The notes below the pieces were generated by a model, which saw nothing but the letters and a program-made list of their open reading frames with translations, was not told where the DNA came from and did not search any database. From NCBI GenBank assembly GCA_022426155.1, contig JAKMEE010000014.1, positions 6,207-70,206 on the forward strand: a stretch of DNA of 64,000 nt, read 5' to 3'. Position 1 is the stretch's first letter, and every line of letters begins with the position of its first letter. This document shows, piece after piece, positions 63,388-64,000 of the stretch. The DNA comes from Poseidonia sp. (GTDB lineage Archaea > Thermoplasmatota > Poseidoniia > Poseidoniales > Poseidoniaceae). The translations under genes and the position numbers were made by a program.

Positions 63388-63654
63388 TCAATCTGAAACA
63401 ACCGTTTTTGCTGAAGTGAACATTTTGTAACCTCCGATTCCGAGAATTCCGGTCCACAACATAAGTTCCAGCACGATGATCAAGTAATATATCGGTCCCA
63501 ACGATTTCAACATCGTGATCGCATCGTATGGCAACCCATTGATGGCAATGAAGGCGCTTTGAGAAAGCAAACTGGAACAAAACCAAATCATAACTGCGAA
63601 CCACAGAAGGTTCCCCATAGGCCAGTCTCCAGCGGGCTCGTGTTGCTTTTGCAT
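63388..63654 (-). CDS. Small two/three-TM membrane protein
   Basis: An 88-aa hydrophobic ORF (LLWFAVMIWFCSSLL; IYYLIIVLELMLWTGILGIGGY). Preferred over the overlapping 73-aa ORF. Confidence 0.4.
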   Translation of the reverse strand: MQKQHEPAGDWPMGNLLWFAVMIWFCSSLLSQSAFIAINGLPYDAITMLKSLGPIYYLIIVLELMLWTGILGIGGYKMFTSAKTVVSD

Positions 63655-63732
63655 GTTACTAAATCAACCTTGAAGAATATAAGACCTCGTTCGCGTTGAG
63701 CCGTCAAAGGCGCGAATATGGAAATAAACCCC

Positions 63733-64000
63733 TTATTCCGACTCATTATGACTGGTTTTGAATAGAGCTGAGGAACCTCCCATAGCAAGAAGTGCCTCCT
63801 CAATAGCTTCGATCCAGGCCTCAGCAACTGCCGCAGTTCCTCCTGCTGCATCGAAGGATTCCTTCCAATTTGCAGCTTGCTCATCTTCTCCGAGAAATAG
63901 ATGGATCTTGTACAGGGCTACGTACGCCATGGGATTGAGGTGTTCTTCATCTGCATCCCATCCATTTTCGAAACAGGCAATGGCTCCCTGGGAGCCATCC
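63733..64000 (-). CDS. C-terminal part of a helical (TPR-like?) protein; 5' end lies outside the window
   Basis: I translated 63931-64000 by hand: the frame stays open to the window edge (...DGSQGAIACFENGWDADEEHLNPMAYVALYKIHLFLGEDEQAANW...). Confidence 0.35.
   Translation of the reverse strand, partial: DGSQGAIACFENGWDADEEHLNPMAYVALYKIHLFLGEDEQAANWKESFDAAGGTAAVAEAWIEAIEEALLAMGGSSALFKTSHNESE

Noticed and set aside
1-64000. A search for CRISPR arrays, rRNA genes, IS elements, integrases and inteins.
   Set aside because: I noticed no regularly spaced direct repeats, no rRNA-like stretches, no transposase or integrase motifs (DDE, or the tyrosine-recombinase R..HxxR..Y pattern), and no intein blocks in RadA, CopA or other hosts. 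This was visual inspection only.

Overview
The window is a gene-dense, about 64 kb stretch of an archaeal chromosome. The archaeal markers are RadA, FtsZ, Sec61-gamma/SecE followed by Spt5, the L21e-RpoF(Rpo4)-DUF655-KsgA cluster, Pus10, archaeal-type PGK, and an initiator tRNA-Met with an A1:U72 pair.

Several bacterial-type genes are mixed in: XseAB, RNase R, a class-B DnaJ, two MMPL/RND exporters and a CopA/CopZ copper module. Together with many acidic surface proteins, this suggests a planktonic Thermoplasmatota-like (Marine Group II/III-like) organism. That placement is inference only.

I recognise about 65 CDS and 3 tRNAs: Leu-UAG, Thr-CGU and iMet-CAU. I see no rRNA, CRISPR array, transposase or integrase.

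All family calls come from motif recognition in the supplied translations. No database search or computation was run, and GC statements are by-eye impressions.

The most unusual observations are:
- An Spt5 with an in-frame degenerate Nudix-like N-terminal domain.
- A 12-cysteine micro-ORF coupled to copA.
- A 265-aa protein that looks like a tandem (doublet) histone fold with insertions.
- A SAP-like motif inserted in Pus10.
- An LDL-receptor-class-A-like DCPDGSDE module in a membrane protein.
- A giant surface protein with a poly-Asp/poly-basic cytoplasmic tail.
- A visibly AT-rich island (about 49.0-53.7 kb) encoding a TPR-GT2 fusion and a WcbI-like/GSCFA fusion.
- Next to that island, an approximately 1150-aa helical-repeat protein ending in a complete PIN nuclease domain.

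I could not identify a known multi-gene defence system.
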